A stretch of 64,000 nt of DNA, taken from NCBI GenBank assembly GCA_045635805.1, contig JAZTWI010000002.1, positions 9,693-73,692 of the forward strand, written 5' to 3'. The DNA comes from Clostridia bacterium (GTDB lineage Bacteria; Bacillota; Clostridia; Christensenellales; UBA1242). A program made the position numbers and the translations under genes. Within the stretch, counting starts at the first letter, position 1, and each line of letters begins with the position of its first letter. The notes under the pieces were generated by a model. That model ran no database searches and was not told where the DNA came from. It was given only the letters and a program-made list of their open reading frames with translations. Shown here piece after piece: positions 1 to 9,496 of this stretch.

Positions 1-2
1 CA

Positions 3-1778
3 CTTGCTATAGAGTATTTAATGCAATGTGGTAAGGCTGACTATACTACACTTAGTAAAAAGTTTACTAATGCCACTATCAATAAGATGATAGAAGAAGG
101 CGTACTAACCGAAGTTAAGAAAAAGGTAAGAAGGCTAAATACTGAAACTTTTGAGAAATCCACTTGTGAACTAACTAAACTACAATTAAAAGCAGTTGAA
201 TCTATAAAGAAATCTGCAGACAGGCCAATTTTACTCTTTGGTGTTACAGGTAGTGGTAAGACTGAAGTATATATGAGAGTTATAGAAGACGCTCTAAGAG
301 ATGGTAAGACTGCACTAATGTTAGTTCCAGAGATATCTCTAACACCACAGATGGTTAGAGTATTTAATAAGAGATTTGGTGCTGATGTCGCAGTCCTTCA
401 TAGTGCACTATCTGTTGGAGAAAAACACGATGAGTGGTTTAGAATCTATAATGGTGAAGCAAAAATAGTAGTTGGTGCCAGGTCTGCTATCTTTGCACCA
501 CTTGAAAATATTGGTGTTATAATTATAGATGAAGAGCACGATGGTTCATACCTTAGTGATAGTAATCCTAGATACCAGACACACGATATAGCAGAATTTA
601 GGGCTAAATACAATAAATGCCCACTAGTACTTGGTAGCGCAACTCCATCGATTGAGACTTTTTATAAAAGTGAAATACACGAGTATAATAGAGTTGAGAT
701 GCCGGTGAGAGTTAATCAAAAACCTATGCCAGGTATTGAAATTATAGATATGTGTAATGAATTCAGACTTGGTAATAATACAATGCTCTCTAGTGTAATG
801 ATGGAGAGACTAGATGAAACTATCAAGGCAAGTAACCAAGCAATACTATTTATTAACCGTAGGGGCTTTAGTTCGTATCTAATGTGTAAGGAGTGTTCGT
901 ACATACCTAAATGCACAGAGTGTGATGCAAACCTTGTCTATCATAAACAAGATGGAGTTCTTAAATGTCACTTTTGTGGTAAGAAATTTAGGGTACTCAC
1001 CAAATGTCCGGACTGTGGCAGTGATAGTATTAAATTAGGAGCGACAGGCACACAACAAGTGGTAGAGATACTTAATGATAAGTTCCCAGGGGTTAAGGTA
1101 TTTAGACTAGACAATGATGTGGTAACTACTAAAGATGCTTACTCTAAGATATTAGGGGAATTTGGTAAAACCAAACCATCTATATTAGTTGGTACACAGA
1201 TGGTAACAAAGGGACACGACTTTCCGTCAGTTGACCTAGTTGGTATAATTGATGCAGACATATCGCTATTTAATTATAGTTACAAGGCAAACGAAACAAC
1301 GTTTGCACTAATGACACAAGTATCTGGAAGAGCAGGAAGAAGTGAAACCGAAGGCAGAGTTGTTTTGCAGACATATGTTCCAAAGAACCCTGTATATCTA
1401 ACTTGTGCTAACTATGATTATCTAAAGTTCTATGATAAAGAAATAAATCTAAGGGAGACTACTAAGTTTCCACCATTTGCAAAGCTAGTTAGAATATTAC
1501 TTACTAGTGCAGATGAAGAGTTAGTTAAGTCTGCTACACATAGTTTAATACTAAAGCTCAAGAAGTTTAGGGTACAGTATGGTAAAGATTTCTTCTTCTT
1601 AGAAGCAATGAAATCACCTGTAAATAAGATTAAAAATAAACATAGATTTCAACTTGTAATGAGATTTGAGAAGAAAATTACAGATGAAGTTATGAGTGAA
1701 GTATATAAAATACTAGATGAATTACGAAATAGTAAACTCAGTGTATTTGTGGAGAATAACCCACAATCGCTCAGTTAG
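3..1778 (+). CDS. priA: Primosomal protein N' (5' part lies before the window)
   Basis: GVTGSGKT, VPEISLTPQ, DEEHD, four CxxC zinc knuckles and QVSGRAGR; frame is open to the window edge; followed by def-fmt. Confidence 0.97.
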   Translation, partial: LAIEYLMQCGKADYTTLSKKFTNATINKMIEEGVLTEVKKKVRRLNTETFEKSTCELTKLQLKAVESIKKSADRPILLFGVTGSGKTEVYMRVIEDALRDGKTALMLVPEISLTPQMVRVFNKRFGADVAVLHSALSVGEKHDEWFRIYNGEAKIVVGARSAIFAPLENIGVIIIDEEHDGSYLSDSNPRYQTHDIAEFRAKYNKCPLVLGSATPSIETFYKSEIHEYNRVEMPVRVNQKPMPGIEIIDMCNEFRLGNNTMLSSVMMERLDETIKASNQAILFINRRGFSSYLMCKECSYIPKCTECDANLVYHKQDGVLKCHFCGKKFRVLTKCPDCGSDSIKLGATGTQQVVEILNDKFPGVKVFRLDNDVVTTKDAYSKILGEFGKTKPSILVGTQMVTKGHDFPSVDLVGIIDADISLFNYSYKANETTFALMTQVSGRAGRSETEGRVVLQTYVPKNPVYLTCANYDYLKFYDKEINLRETTKFPPFAKLVRILLTSADEELVKSATHSLILKLKKFRVQYGKDFFFLEAMKSPVNKIKNKHRFQLVMRFEKKITDEVMSEVYKILDELRNSKLSVFVENNPQSLS

Positions 1779-1787
1779 GAGGAAATA

Positions 1788-2264
1788 ATGGCAATTAGAA
1801 ATGTTGTACAAATTGGAGACGAAATACTAAGAAAGAAAAGTAAACCCGTTAGAGAATTTGATGAGAAACTATGGGAATTACTAGACGATATGAAGGAAAC
1901 TATGCTAAAAAACAATGGTTGTGGACTAGCAGCAGTACAGGTAGGAGTACTTAGAAGGGCTGTTGTAATAGATGTTAACCATATGAGAATAGAATTAGTA
2001 AATCCTGAAATTATCGATTCTTTTGGCGAACAGATAGAGAAAGAAGGCTGTTTATCTGTTAAGAACGAGTATGCTTATGTAAAGAGACCAGAAGAAGTAA
2101 CAGTTAAGGCTCAAGATAGATATGGTAATGAATTTGTAATCACAGGTGTTGACTTACTTGCCAGAGCATTCTGTCACGAGATAGACCACTTAGATGGCGT
2201 ACTATTTACCGATAAGATTGTTAAGGACTACAAAGAGCCTAAATCAAAAAAGAACAATAAATAA
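1788..2264 (+). CDS. def: Peptide deformylase
   Basis: GCGLAAVQ, EGCLS and HEIDHLDG motifs; AGGAGG RBS. Confidence 0.98.
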   Translation: MAIRNVVQIGDEILRKKSKPVREFDEKLWELLDDMKETMLKNNGCGLAAVQVGVLRRAVVIDVNHMRIELVNPEIIDSFGEQIEKEGCLSVKNEYAYVKRPEEVTVKAQDRYGNEFVITGVDLLARAFCHEIDHLDGVLFTDKIVKDYKEPKSKKNNK

Positions 2265-2274
2265 GGGGTGAGAT

Positions 2275-3213
2275 ATGAAGGTAATGTTTTTTGGAACGCC
2301 TGAGTATGCGGTACCATCTTTACAGGCGATATATGATAGTAAGCACGAAGTAGTTGCTGTAGTATCTCAACCAGATAAGGCTAAGGGTAGAAGTAATAAG
2401 ATAGTTCCAACTCCAGTTAAAGAACTAGCAATGAAATATGGAACTAAGGTATTTCAGTTTGAGAAGATTAGAAAAGACGATGTGAGTGAACTTCTAAATA
2501 TTGACGCAGATATCATTGTTACCTGTGCTTATGGTCAAATAATAGGCGAAAACGTATTATATGCAAAGAAACACGGCGTTATCAATCTACACGGAAGTAT
2601 TCTTCCATATTACAGGGGCTCTAGCCCTATTCAATGGTGTTTAATTAATGGAGATACAGAGACAGGTGTTTCTATTCTTAGGTCACAGATTGGTATGGAC
2701 GATGGTCCTGTTATGGATATTAAGAGAATACCTATCACAGATGAAGATAACTCAATTACACTATTTGATAAATTATCTAGACTAAGTGCAGAGATGATAG
2801 TTCCAGCGCTAGATATGATAGAGAGTGGTAAGGCAGTATTTAAAGAACAAGAGCACGAAAAGGCTACTAAATGTGTAATGCTAAAGCCAGAAATGGGGGA
2901 TTTAGACTTTTCAAAGACAGCTAAGGAAGTAGTGGGGCTTATCAAAGGTCTTGCTTCTTGGCCAAACGCACATATGACAATTGGCGATGTTTATTTCAAA
3001 TTATACAATGCTAAAGTGTACAATAGTGATTTAGATATTAAAAATTATCAAGATGGCGAAGTGGTAATTGCTAGTAGTAAACAAGGTCTAGTGATTAAAT
3101 GTGCAGATGGATTTGTAGAAATTACAGAATTATTACCTATAAACTCAAAGAAAATGACAGCAAAAAGCTATTTAAATGGTAAAGGAATTGAACTAGGAGC
3201 GGTGGCTAAATAG
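2275..3213 (+). CDS. fmt: Methionyl-tRNA formyltransferase
   Basis: FFGTPEYA, INLHGSILPYYRGSSPI; follows def. Confidence 0.97.
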   Translation: MKVMFFGTPEYAVPSLQAIYDSKHEVVAVVSQPDKAKGRSNKIVPTPVKELAMKYGTKVFQFEKIRKDDVSELLNIDADIIVTCAYGQIIGENVLYAKKHGVINLHGSILPYYRGSSPIQWCLINGDTETGVSILRSQIGMDDGPVMDIKRIPITDEDNSITLFDKLSRLSAEMIVPALDMIESGKAVFKEQEHEKATKCVMLKPEMGDLDFSKTAKEVVGLIKGLASWPNAHMTIGDVYFKLYNAKVYNSDLDIKNYQDGEVVIASSKQGLVIKCADGFVEITELLPINSKKMTAKSYLNGKGIELGAVAK

Positions 3214-4496
3214 TGAATAAAGAACTAAAGGCGTCTTACGAACTTTTAAAGAAGATTTATATTGAAGGTGCGTATGTAAGTATTGAACTTAATAAACTTT
3301 TAAATATGACAAATGGTATGAATAATGCCCTTATTACTAAGATTGTGTATGGGGTATTAGAGAAAGATATATCACTTGAGTTTTTTGTTTCGCAATATGT
3401 TACCAAGATGCCAAAGACTGAACTACTAATACTACTTAAAATGGTTGCATATGTTTCTAAGAATATCAGCAGTATTCCTAAGTTTGCTGTAGTTAACGAA
3501 GTAGTTAATCTATCTAAAGGTGTAGATAAACACCAGTCAGGCTTTATCAATGCTGTTAGTAAGAAACTAGTAAATGGAGAACTAGTGCTTCCTAATAAAG
3601 ACAAGAATTTAACTAAGCACCTATCTATTAAGTACAATTATCCTGAGTGGGTAATTAAGGAACTGCTTAAAAAACACAAATTAGATTTTGTAGAGAGTTT
3701 AATCTCAGTAGAACTTACTAGTGATACACATATTAGGGTAAACTTAGATAAAATCTCTGCTAAAGACTTTACAGAGCAACTAGATAAAAAGGGTATTAGA
3801 TATTCTAAAAGTCTACTAGATGAGTATATGTATGTAGATTATGCAGAACTACTTAAAACCGATTTGAAGGACTGTGCTATAGTTCAGGGACTACCTAGTA
3901 TCATTACCTGTAAGGCACTTGGTGCTGAAAAAGGAAAAATTCTAGATACTTGTGCTGCTCCTGGTGGAAAGTCTGTGTATCTAGCACAAAGTGGCGATGT
4001 ACAAGTATATGCATGTGATATTCATAAACACAGAGTGGACTTAATTCATAAGTATGCTAGTGGTTTAGAGCTAAAAAATGTTAAATGCTTTGAACAAGAT
4101 GCTACTAAGACACGAGAAGAATGGATTGAGAAATTTGACTATGTAATGTGTGATGTGCCTTGTAGTAATCTAGGTGTATCTAGGAAAAAACCAGATGTTT
4201 TCCTAAATAAATCTATAAATGATGTAAAGACACTAGCAGGACTTCAGTATCAAATACTTAGTAATTCTGCTAAGTATGTAAGGTCAGGTGGTATCTTACA
4301 ATACTCAACCTGTACAATACTAGATAACGAAAATGCTATGGTTATAGATAAATTTTTAAGAAACAACCCAGATTTTGAATTAACAGAAATAGACACAATG
4401 GGGTTAAATATAACAAATGAAAATAAGAAATATACTTTTTATCCAAATTTAACCCGTACAGAAGGATTTTTTATAGGGAGATTAAAGAGAAAATGA
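3213..4496 (+). CDS. rsmB: 16S rRNA m5C967 methyltransferase
   Basis: NusB-like N-terminus, DTCAAPGGKS, DVPCS, YSTCT; GTG start overlapping the fmt stop. Confidence 0.95.
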   Translation: MNKELKASYELLKKIYIEGAYVSIELNKLLNMTNGMNNALITKIVYGVLEKDISLEFFVSQYVTKMPKTELLILLKMVAYVSKNISSIPKFAVVNEVVNLSKGVDKHQSGFINAVSKKLVNGELVLPNKDKNLTKHLSIKYNYPEWVIKELLKKHKLDFVESLISVELTSDTHIRVNLDKISAKDFTEQLDKKGIRYSKSLLDEYMYVDYAELLKTDLKDCAIVQGLPSIITCKALGAEKGKILDTCAAPGGKSVYLAQSGDVQVYACDIHKHRVDLIHKYASGLELKNVKCFEQDATKTREEWIEKFDYVMCDVPCSNLGVSRKKPDVFLNKSINDVKTLAGLQYQILSNSAKYVRSGGILQYSTCTILDNENAMVIDKFLRNNPDFELTEIDTMGLNITNENKKYTFYPNLTRTEGFFIGRLKRK

Positions 4497-5821
4497 CAAT
4501 ACTTTTAGACTATGAGAGAGAAGAACTATATAGTATGCTAGAGAGCTTTGGTGAGCCTAAATATAGGGTTGACCAACTTTTAACTGCTATGTACAATGGT
4601 AAAGATTATGACGATAAAATCAATGTGCCTAAGTCATTTCTAGATAAATTAAAAGAACTAAACTACATAATGCAGCCAATCAAAATTAGAAAGGCTATTA
4701 CTAGTTCTGGTAAAGATAAGACAATTAAATTTTTGTATGACTTACCAGATGGTAATATTATTGAAGGCGTACTTATGAAATATGCTTTTGGTAATACTTT
4801 GTGCGTTAGTACTCAAGTGGGCTGTAAGATGAACTGTGCCTTCTGTGCTAGTGGTCTAAATGGCTTTGTTAGGAACTTATCTGCAGGAGAAATATTGGGT
4901 CAGATAGTTGCAGTTAATAGATATCTAGGTGGAACTACTAAGGATAGAGAGATTACTAATATCGTGCTTATGGGTAGTGGGGAGCCTCTAGACAACTTTG
5001 ATAACCTAAAGAAATTCTTAAAGTATGTAACACACGATGATATGTTTAATATGAGTGTTAGAAATATATCTGTGTCTACTTGTGGTATTCCAAGCAAGAT
5101 AGAAGAACTTGCTGACCTAGGATATGCAGTAACATTATGTTTCTCTTTACACGCATCTAATGACGCTGCTAGAAAGGAAATAATGCCTATAGCAAAGAGA
5201 TACTCCATTGCAGAAGTATTAGATAGTCTTAACTATTATCATACAATGACTAATAGAAGGATAATAATAGAATACACCTTGATAGAAGGTAAAAATAATT
5301 CCTTTAAAAATGCTAAGGAATTAGCCGAATTATTAGGTGAATTACCTTGTCATATTAACCTTATTAAATTAAACGAAGTTGATGGTAGAAATTTAACGGC
5401 TCCTACTCAGGATAGTTGTAAGACCTTCCTAGGCTATCTAAATAGACTAGGCTTATCTGCAACAATGAGAAGAAGTCTAGGAGACGATATCGAAGGTGCG
5501 TGTGGACAACTAAGAAATAAAGAACTAAAAGATAATAAGGTTGTAGTAAAAGAGAGCGAATTTAAGCCTAAAACTAAACCACAACCTAATAAGAATACTA
5601 GAAGCAAGGTAAAAGACGTGTCTAAATTAGCACAGTCAAAAGATAAACAAAAAAGCTTTAGTAAAATGTCAGGAAAACCTGCAGGAAAGGCTGATAACAA
5701 AAAATCAAGAGTAAGAGAAAAAACTCCTAAGCATTATGCTAGAGAAATGTCAAATGATGCAAGGGGTAGAAATTTTGATAAAGCAACCAAGAGTGGAAAT
5801 AGAAGACCAAGTGGCAGATAG
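4493..5821 (+). CDS. rlmN: 23S rRNA m2A2503 radical SAM methyltransferase with basic C-terminal extension
   Basis: CVSTQVGCKMNCAFCASG, MGSGEP, ACGQL; about 100 aa Lys/Arg-rich tail. Confidence 0.96.
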   Translation: MTILLDYEREELYSMLESFGEPKYRVDQLLTAMYNGKDYDDKINVPKSFLDKLKELNYIMQPIKIRKAITSSGKDKTIKFLYDLPDGNIIEGVLMKYAFGNTLCVSTQVGCKMNCAFCASGLNGFVRNLSAGEILGQIVAVNRYLGGTTKDREITNIVLMGSGEPLDNFDNLKKFLKYVTHDDMFNMSVRNISVSTCGIPSKIEELADLGYAVTLCFSLHASNDAARKEIMPIAKRYSIAEVLDSLNYYHTMTNRRIIIEYTLIEGKNNSFKNAKELAELLGELPCHINLIKLNEVDGRNLTAPTQDSCKTFLGYLNRLGLSATMRRSLGDDIEGACGQLRNKELKDNKVVVKESEFKPKTKPQPNKNTRSKVKDVSKLAQSKDKQKSFSKMSGKPAGKADNKKSRVREKTPKHYAREMSNDARGRNFDKATKSGNRRPSGR

Positions 5822-5833
5822 AAGGAGAATATT

Positions 5834-6700
5834 ATAGGAACTATTATTAAAGTTGTAGGTGGAATATATACCGTACTTACAAGTGAAAAAGAGAAGGTTG
5901 AGTGTTCTATTAGGACAACCGCTAAGAAAAATAGATTAGTTGTTGGTGATAGGGTGGAAATTGTACCTAATGAATTTAGTGCTGGTAAGTATATTATCAC
6001 TAAGTGTTTAGAGCGTAGTTGTTATATACCTAGACCACCTATAGCCAATCTAGAGAAATTGCTTATAGTGATTGCTCCTAGACCGGAACCAGACCTGCTA
6101 CTCGTTGATAAATTAATAATCTATTGTTACCTTAATAACATAGAGCCAATAATTGTTATTAATAAGAGTGATATATCGCCTAAGGGGTTTATAGAAGATA
6201 TATCTTTACAATACTATTTCTTAAATAGATTTGTGATTAGTGCTAAAAATAATGAAGGTATTGATGCGATAGAGAAGTATATAAGTGACTCATTTGTGGC
6301 TGTTTGTGGTCAGTCTGCAGTTGGTAAGAGTTCGTTTATCAATGCTCTTATTCCTGGTTTTGATTTGCAAACACAGGGGCTTAGTAATAAGATTGATAGG
6401 GGTAAACACACTACTAGAGTTAATGAAATATATTTGCACAATGATTATATGATAGCAGATACCACTGGTTTTAGTAGTCTAGAACTAGAACTTGAGTATA
6501 AGGAATTACCTTTATATTATCCAGAATTTGAGCCATATCTTAATAAATGTAAATATTTAGATTGCGCTCATATCAAGGAAGGTAAAGACTGTGTTATTAT
6601 ATCTGCTGTTGCTGATGGTAAAATAAATAAATCTAGATATGATAGATATATAGATTTGTATGAGTATTTAAAGAAAAAATGGGAGAATAAGTATGACTAA
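5834..6700 (+). CDS. rsgA: Ribosome small subunit-dependent GTPase A (probable ATT 5831 or ATA 5834 start)
   Basis: NKSD, GQSAVGKSS, GKHTT, DTTG, Cx4CxHx6C zinc site; OB-fold sequence GTIIKVVGGIYTV...VVGDRV is in frame upstream of the called GTG at 5954; AAGGAG at 5822-5827. Confidence 0.9.
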   Translation: MGTIIKVVGGIYTVLTSEKEKVECSIRTTAKKNRLVVGDRVEIVPNEFSAGKYIITKCLERSCYIPRPPIANLEKLLIVIAPRPEPDLLLVDKLIIYCYLNNIEPIIVINKSDISPKGFIEDISLQYYFLNRFVISAKNNEGIDAIEKYISDSFVAVCGQSAVGKSSFINALIPGFDLQTQGLSNKIDRGKHTTRVNEIYLHNDYMIADTTGFSSLELELEYKELPLYYPEFEPYLNKCKYLDCAHIKEGKDCVIISAVADGKINKSRYDRYIDLYEYLKKKWENKYD

Positions 6701-7352
6701 AGTATTACCTAGTTCTAATCCTTGTCCAGAAGAAGATTTAGTTGAGTATGCAAGGAGTCTAGAAGACCTAGGTGTAGAATATCTACACTGTGATGTGATG
6801 GACGGTATTTTTGTAGAGAATAAGTGCTTACCAATAGAGAAAATTGCTGAGATTAGGAATAATAGTAATATATTATTAGATGTGCACTTAATGGTGGCAA
6901 AGAGTTATGAATATGTAGAGAAATTAGTCTCAATTAAGCCAAATATCATTACTATTCATTACGAGAGTCCAGAGACTATTTCTGAGATGGAAAAGATAAT
7001 TAAACTTATCAAAAAGAACGATATATTTTTTGGTCTATCTATTAAGCCTGAGACTGCAATAGAATCTATTTCTCAATATCTAGATGTTATTGACCTTATT
7101 CTTATTATGTCTGTAGAGCCAGGTAAAAGTGGACAAAAATTTATGCCGGAAGCGCTGGAAAAAATAGCCAAGGCTAGAAAACTTACCAAGGGCAAAGATA
7201 TTATTATAGAAGTTGATGGTGGTATTAACCTAGATAACTACGCTGAAGTAGTGTCTAAAGGTGCAGATTTTCTAGTAATGGGTAGTGCGTTCTTTAATGC
7301 TAAAGATAGGGTAAAACTACTATCTATAGTGGATAAAAGATATCAAAAGTAG
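6693..7352 (+). CDS. rpe: Ribulose-phosphate 3-epimerase
   Basis: HCDVMDG, DVHLMV, MSVEPGKSGQKF, VDGG. Confidence 0.96.
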   Translation: MTKVLPSSNPCPEEDLVEYARSLEDLGVEYLHCDVMDGIFVENKCLPIEKIAEIRNNSNILLDVHLMVAKSYEYVEKLVSIKPNIITIHYESPETISEMEKIIKLIKKNDIFFGLSIKPETAIESISQYLDVIDLILIMSVEPGKSGQKFMPEALEKIAKARKLTKGKDIIIEVDGGINLDNYAEVVSKGADFLVMGSAFFNAKDRVKLLSIVDKRYQK

Positions 7353-7362
7353 GTGTTAGGGG

Positions 7363-7370
7363 CATATATT
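7363..7370 (+). promoter_or_regulatory. Putative sigma-E -10 element for spoVM
   Basis: CATATATT about 30 nt upstream of the spoVM ATG; -35 element unclear. Confidence 0.5.
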
Positions 7371-7399
7371 ATAGTACTAAATACTATAAGGGGTGATAT

Positions 7400-7480
7400 A
7401 TGAAAATATATTGTTTTAAGTCGCCTAAGATACTTAGACCATTATTAAAATTAATTTTTAGGAAAAACTTTGTAAAATAA
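7400..7480 (+). CDS. spoVM: Stage V sporulation protein M (26 aa, not in ORF track)
   Basis: MKIYCFKSPKILRPLLKLIFRKNFVK: 26 aa, Pro at position 9, amphipathic; AGGGGTG RBS; lies between rpe and rpmB like known spoVM genes. Confidence 0.88.
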   Translation: MKIYCFKSPKILRPLLKLIFRKNFVK

Positions 7481-7737
7481 TGAAAATTATAATTTATGTA
7501 GACTTTTCAAATGGGGAATTTAATAAAGATTTTACTCTATCAAATAGACTTACAGGCGAAGGACATACGGTCCTACTTGTAACTACTGATGGACAATTGA
7601 GTGCGAGTATGGGTGCGTATGACCTAGTACTAAGTGCTTTTTCGTGTAAAAAAGACCTATCTAATTTAGATAAGCCTACATATACTATAAAAACGGAAGA
7701 AGATTTACAGGGGCTAAATGAATTTTTGAAAGGATAG
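7480..7737 (+). CDS. Hypothetical 85 aa protein coupled to spoVM
   Basis: TAATG stop/start overlap with spoVM; followed by a terminator-like hairpin. Confidence 0.75.
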   Translation: MKIIIYVDFSNGEFNKDFTLSNRLTGEGHTVLLVTTDGQLSASMGAYDLVLSAFSCKKDLSNLDKPTYTIKTEEDLQGLNEFLKG

Positions 7738-7836
7738 TAAATATCCTTTTTTTCTTATTCTAATAAATTTATTTGCTAATAATTTGTCTGTATTGTAAAA
7801 TAATAAGGTAAGATATTGTGTCCAGACGGTGTCTAA

Positions 7837-8646
7837 ATGAATAAATTTTCTAATAAAAAAAGGAACTTTGGCGCAAAAGCTGCGGCAAGTACTCCGTTTA
7901 GTTTAATATTACTTATTTGCATTGCTGTAAGTCTTATAGGTACAGTAGTGGCATTTTTCTTTGCACACGACTGGGCTAGTAATAGAGTAACAATGTCAGG
8001 TAAGGTAGACATAGAAGCAGTTGGTAATGGCACAGAATTTGGAAGTATTGAAGATACAGTGTCTTCTTCTAATCTAGTGATTACTCTTCAAGATGGATAT
8101 CAACACCTGATTCCGGGCGCAGATATATCAATTCCTGCCAATGTTAAAGTTTATAAATCTACTAGTAATCCTTTACTTAGGGCTAAATTCACAATGGAAA
8201 TGTATCTTCATAAAGAAGACGGCAGTGACGAAGTTATGGATGAAGATGATGATATATATGATATTATGCCACAGATGACTGCTAGTCTACACTCTGTCAT
8301 TACAGGTAATGGTTGGGTGCTAGATGAGAGTGATATGTACTATTATTATATAGGTAGTAATACTCAGGCTGGTGTACTTGGTGATACATTAATGAGAGAA
8401 GTTAACGAAGAAGATGGAGATGCTGTAGCAGAAGGTGATGCTATAGTTGTTCACTTTATTGACGAACTAATTAAGTTTCCTACTAATGTAGAGAGTGATA
8501 TGTCTGGATTTAATGTGCAATTTGTTATTACATTTGAAGCCATACAGAATTTCATTCCAGATAGGACAGGTAAACAATTGCCTAATACTATTACTAATTC
8601 TAAGATAATATTCGAAGACCAATACAATACAGGCGATGGAGAATAA
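7837..8646 (+). CDS. SipW-type signal peptide protein, TasA/BsaA-like
   Basis: Basic N-terminus, hydrophobic helix, GTVVAFF..D..N....GKVDI, PG..I, W....D.YYYY, C-terminal EAIQ; acidic mature region. Confidence 0.6.
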   Translation: MNKFSNKKRNFGAKAAASTPFSLILLICIAVSLIGTVVAFFFAHDWASNRVTMSGKVDIEAVGNGTEFGSIEDTVSSSNLVITLQDGYQHLIPGADISIPANVKVYKSTSNPLLRAKFTMEMYLHKEDGSDEVMDEDDDIYDIMPQMTASLHSVITGNGWVLDESDMYYYYIGSNTQAGVLGDTLMREVNEEDGDAVAEGDAIVVHFIDELIKFPTNVESDMSGFNVQFVITFEAIQNFIPDRTGKQLPNTITNSKIIFEDQYNTGDGE

Positions 8647-8676
8647 AAAAAACTAAGCGATTTGCTTAGTTTTTTT
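8645..8676. terminator. Bidirectional intrinsic terminator
   Basis: AAAAAACTAAGC-GATTT-GCTTAGTTTTTT between convergent genes. Confidence 0.85.
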
Positions 8677-8677
8677 A

Positions 8678-8872
8678 TTAACAACAATGTTTGTCATTTT
8701 TAAGTGTTTTTAGACATTTTGTACAAATGTACTCGCTTTGGATTTTGCCATCTACTTCGATTGATTTCTTTTGTAGATTTGCACCCCAAGTTCTTCTAGT
8801 AGCGATGTGAGAGTGACTTACTTGGTTTCCAGCCACTTTTTTCTTACTACATATAAAACATTCTTTTGCCAT
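8678..8872 (-). CDS. rpmB: 50S ribosomal protein L28
   Basis: MAKECFICSKKKVAGNQVSHSHIATRRTWGANLQ...ICTKCLK. Confidence 0.97.
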   Translation of the reverse strand: MAKECFICSKKKVAGNQVSHSHIATRRTWGANLQKKSIEVDGKIQSEYICTKCLKTLKNDKHCC

Positions 8873-8924
8873 TGTAAAATTCACCCCCGAGGTATTTTAT
8901 CTGTAATTCGTTTCAAACACATAG

Positions 8925-8953
8925 AGTATAGCAAATAAAATTGTTGTTGGCAA
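8925..8953 (-). promoter_or_regulatory. Sigma-A promoter of rpmB
   Basis: TTGCCA-N17-TATACT on the minus strand. Confidence 0.7.
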
Positions 8954-9004
8954 GACTTTTTTTTAAGTTTAACAAGATTAATCAAAATATTTTTTACAAA
9001 TCTC

Positions 9005-9033
9005 TTGCCAAATAAGGCTAGTTATTGTAAAAT
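9005..9033 (+). promoter_or_regulatory. Sigma-A promoter of asp23-fakA
   Basis: TTGCCA-N17-TAAAAT. Confidence 0.65.
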
Positions 9034-9134
9034 TAGTATGTAGTATAGTTGTGCATAGTGTGCATAATACTTTTTTGTGCTAATTATGTAAAACAAGATA
9101 CAACAATTTTCTATATTGGTAAGGAGAAAAGATA

Positions 9135-9467
9135 ATGGCAGTTAAGACAAGTAATGCCTATGGTAATATTACTATAGACGATGAAGCTATTGCGTGTGCG
9201 ACTGGACATATTGCTAGAGAGTGTTATGGTGTTGTTGACTTGGTTGGTCAAGGTTCTGTCAAGTCTAAAAATGTTCTTACTAAGGGCATCAAGATTATAA
9301 CCGTTGGTAATAGAATATACATTGATTTATTCGCTATATTGAGATACGGGGTGTCTATTGGAACTGTTACAGATAACCTAAAGAGTGCTGTTAAGTACGG
9401 GGTTGAGCAGTTTACAGGAATGATTGTTGATAGTGTAAATATAAATGTAGTTGGAGTAAGAGTTTAA
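9135..9467 (+). CDS. Asp23/Gls24 family protein (YloU-like)
   Basis: YGNITI, ECYGVV, YGVSI, VKYGVE; conserved position before the DAK2 gene. Confidence 0.92.
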   Translation: MAVKTSNAYGNITIDDEAIACATGHIARECYGVVDLVGQGSVKSKNVLTKGIKIITVGNRIYIDLFAILRYGVSIGTVTDNLKSAVKYGVEQFTGMIVDSVNINVVGVRV

Positions 9468-9496
9468 TACTCCGTATTGATAAGGATAAAGTAAGT

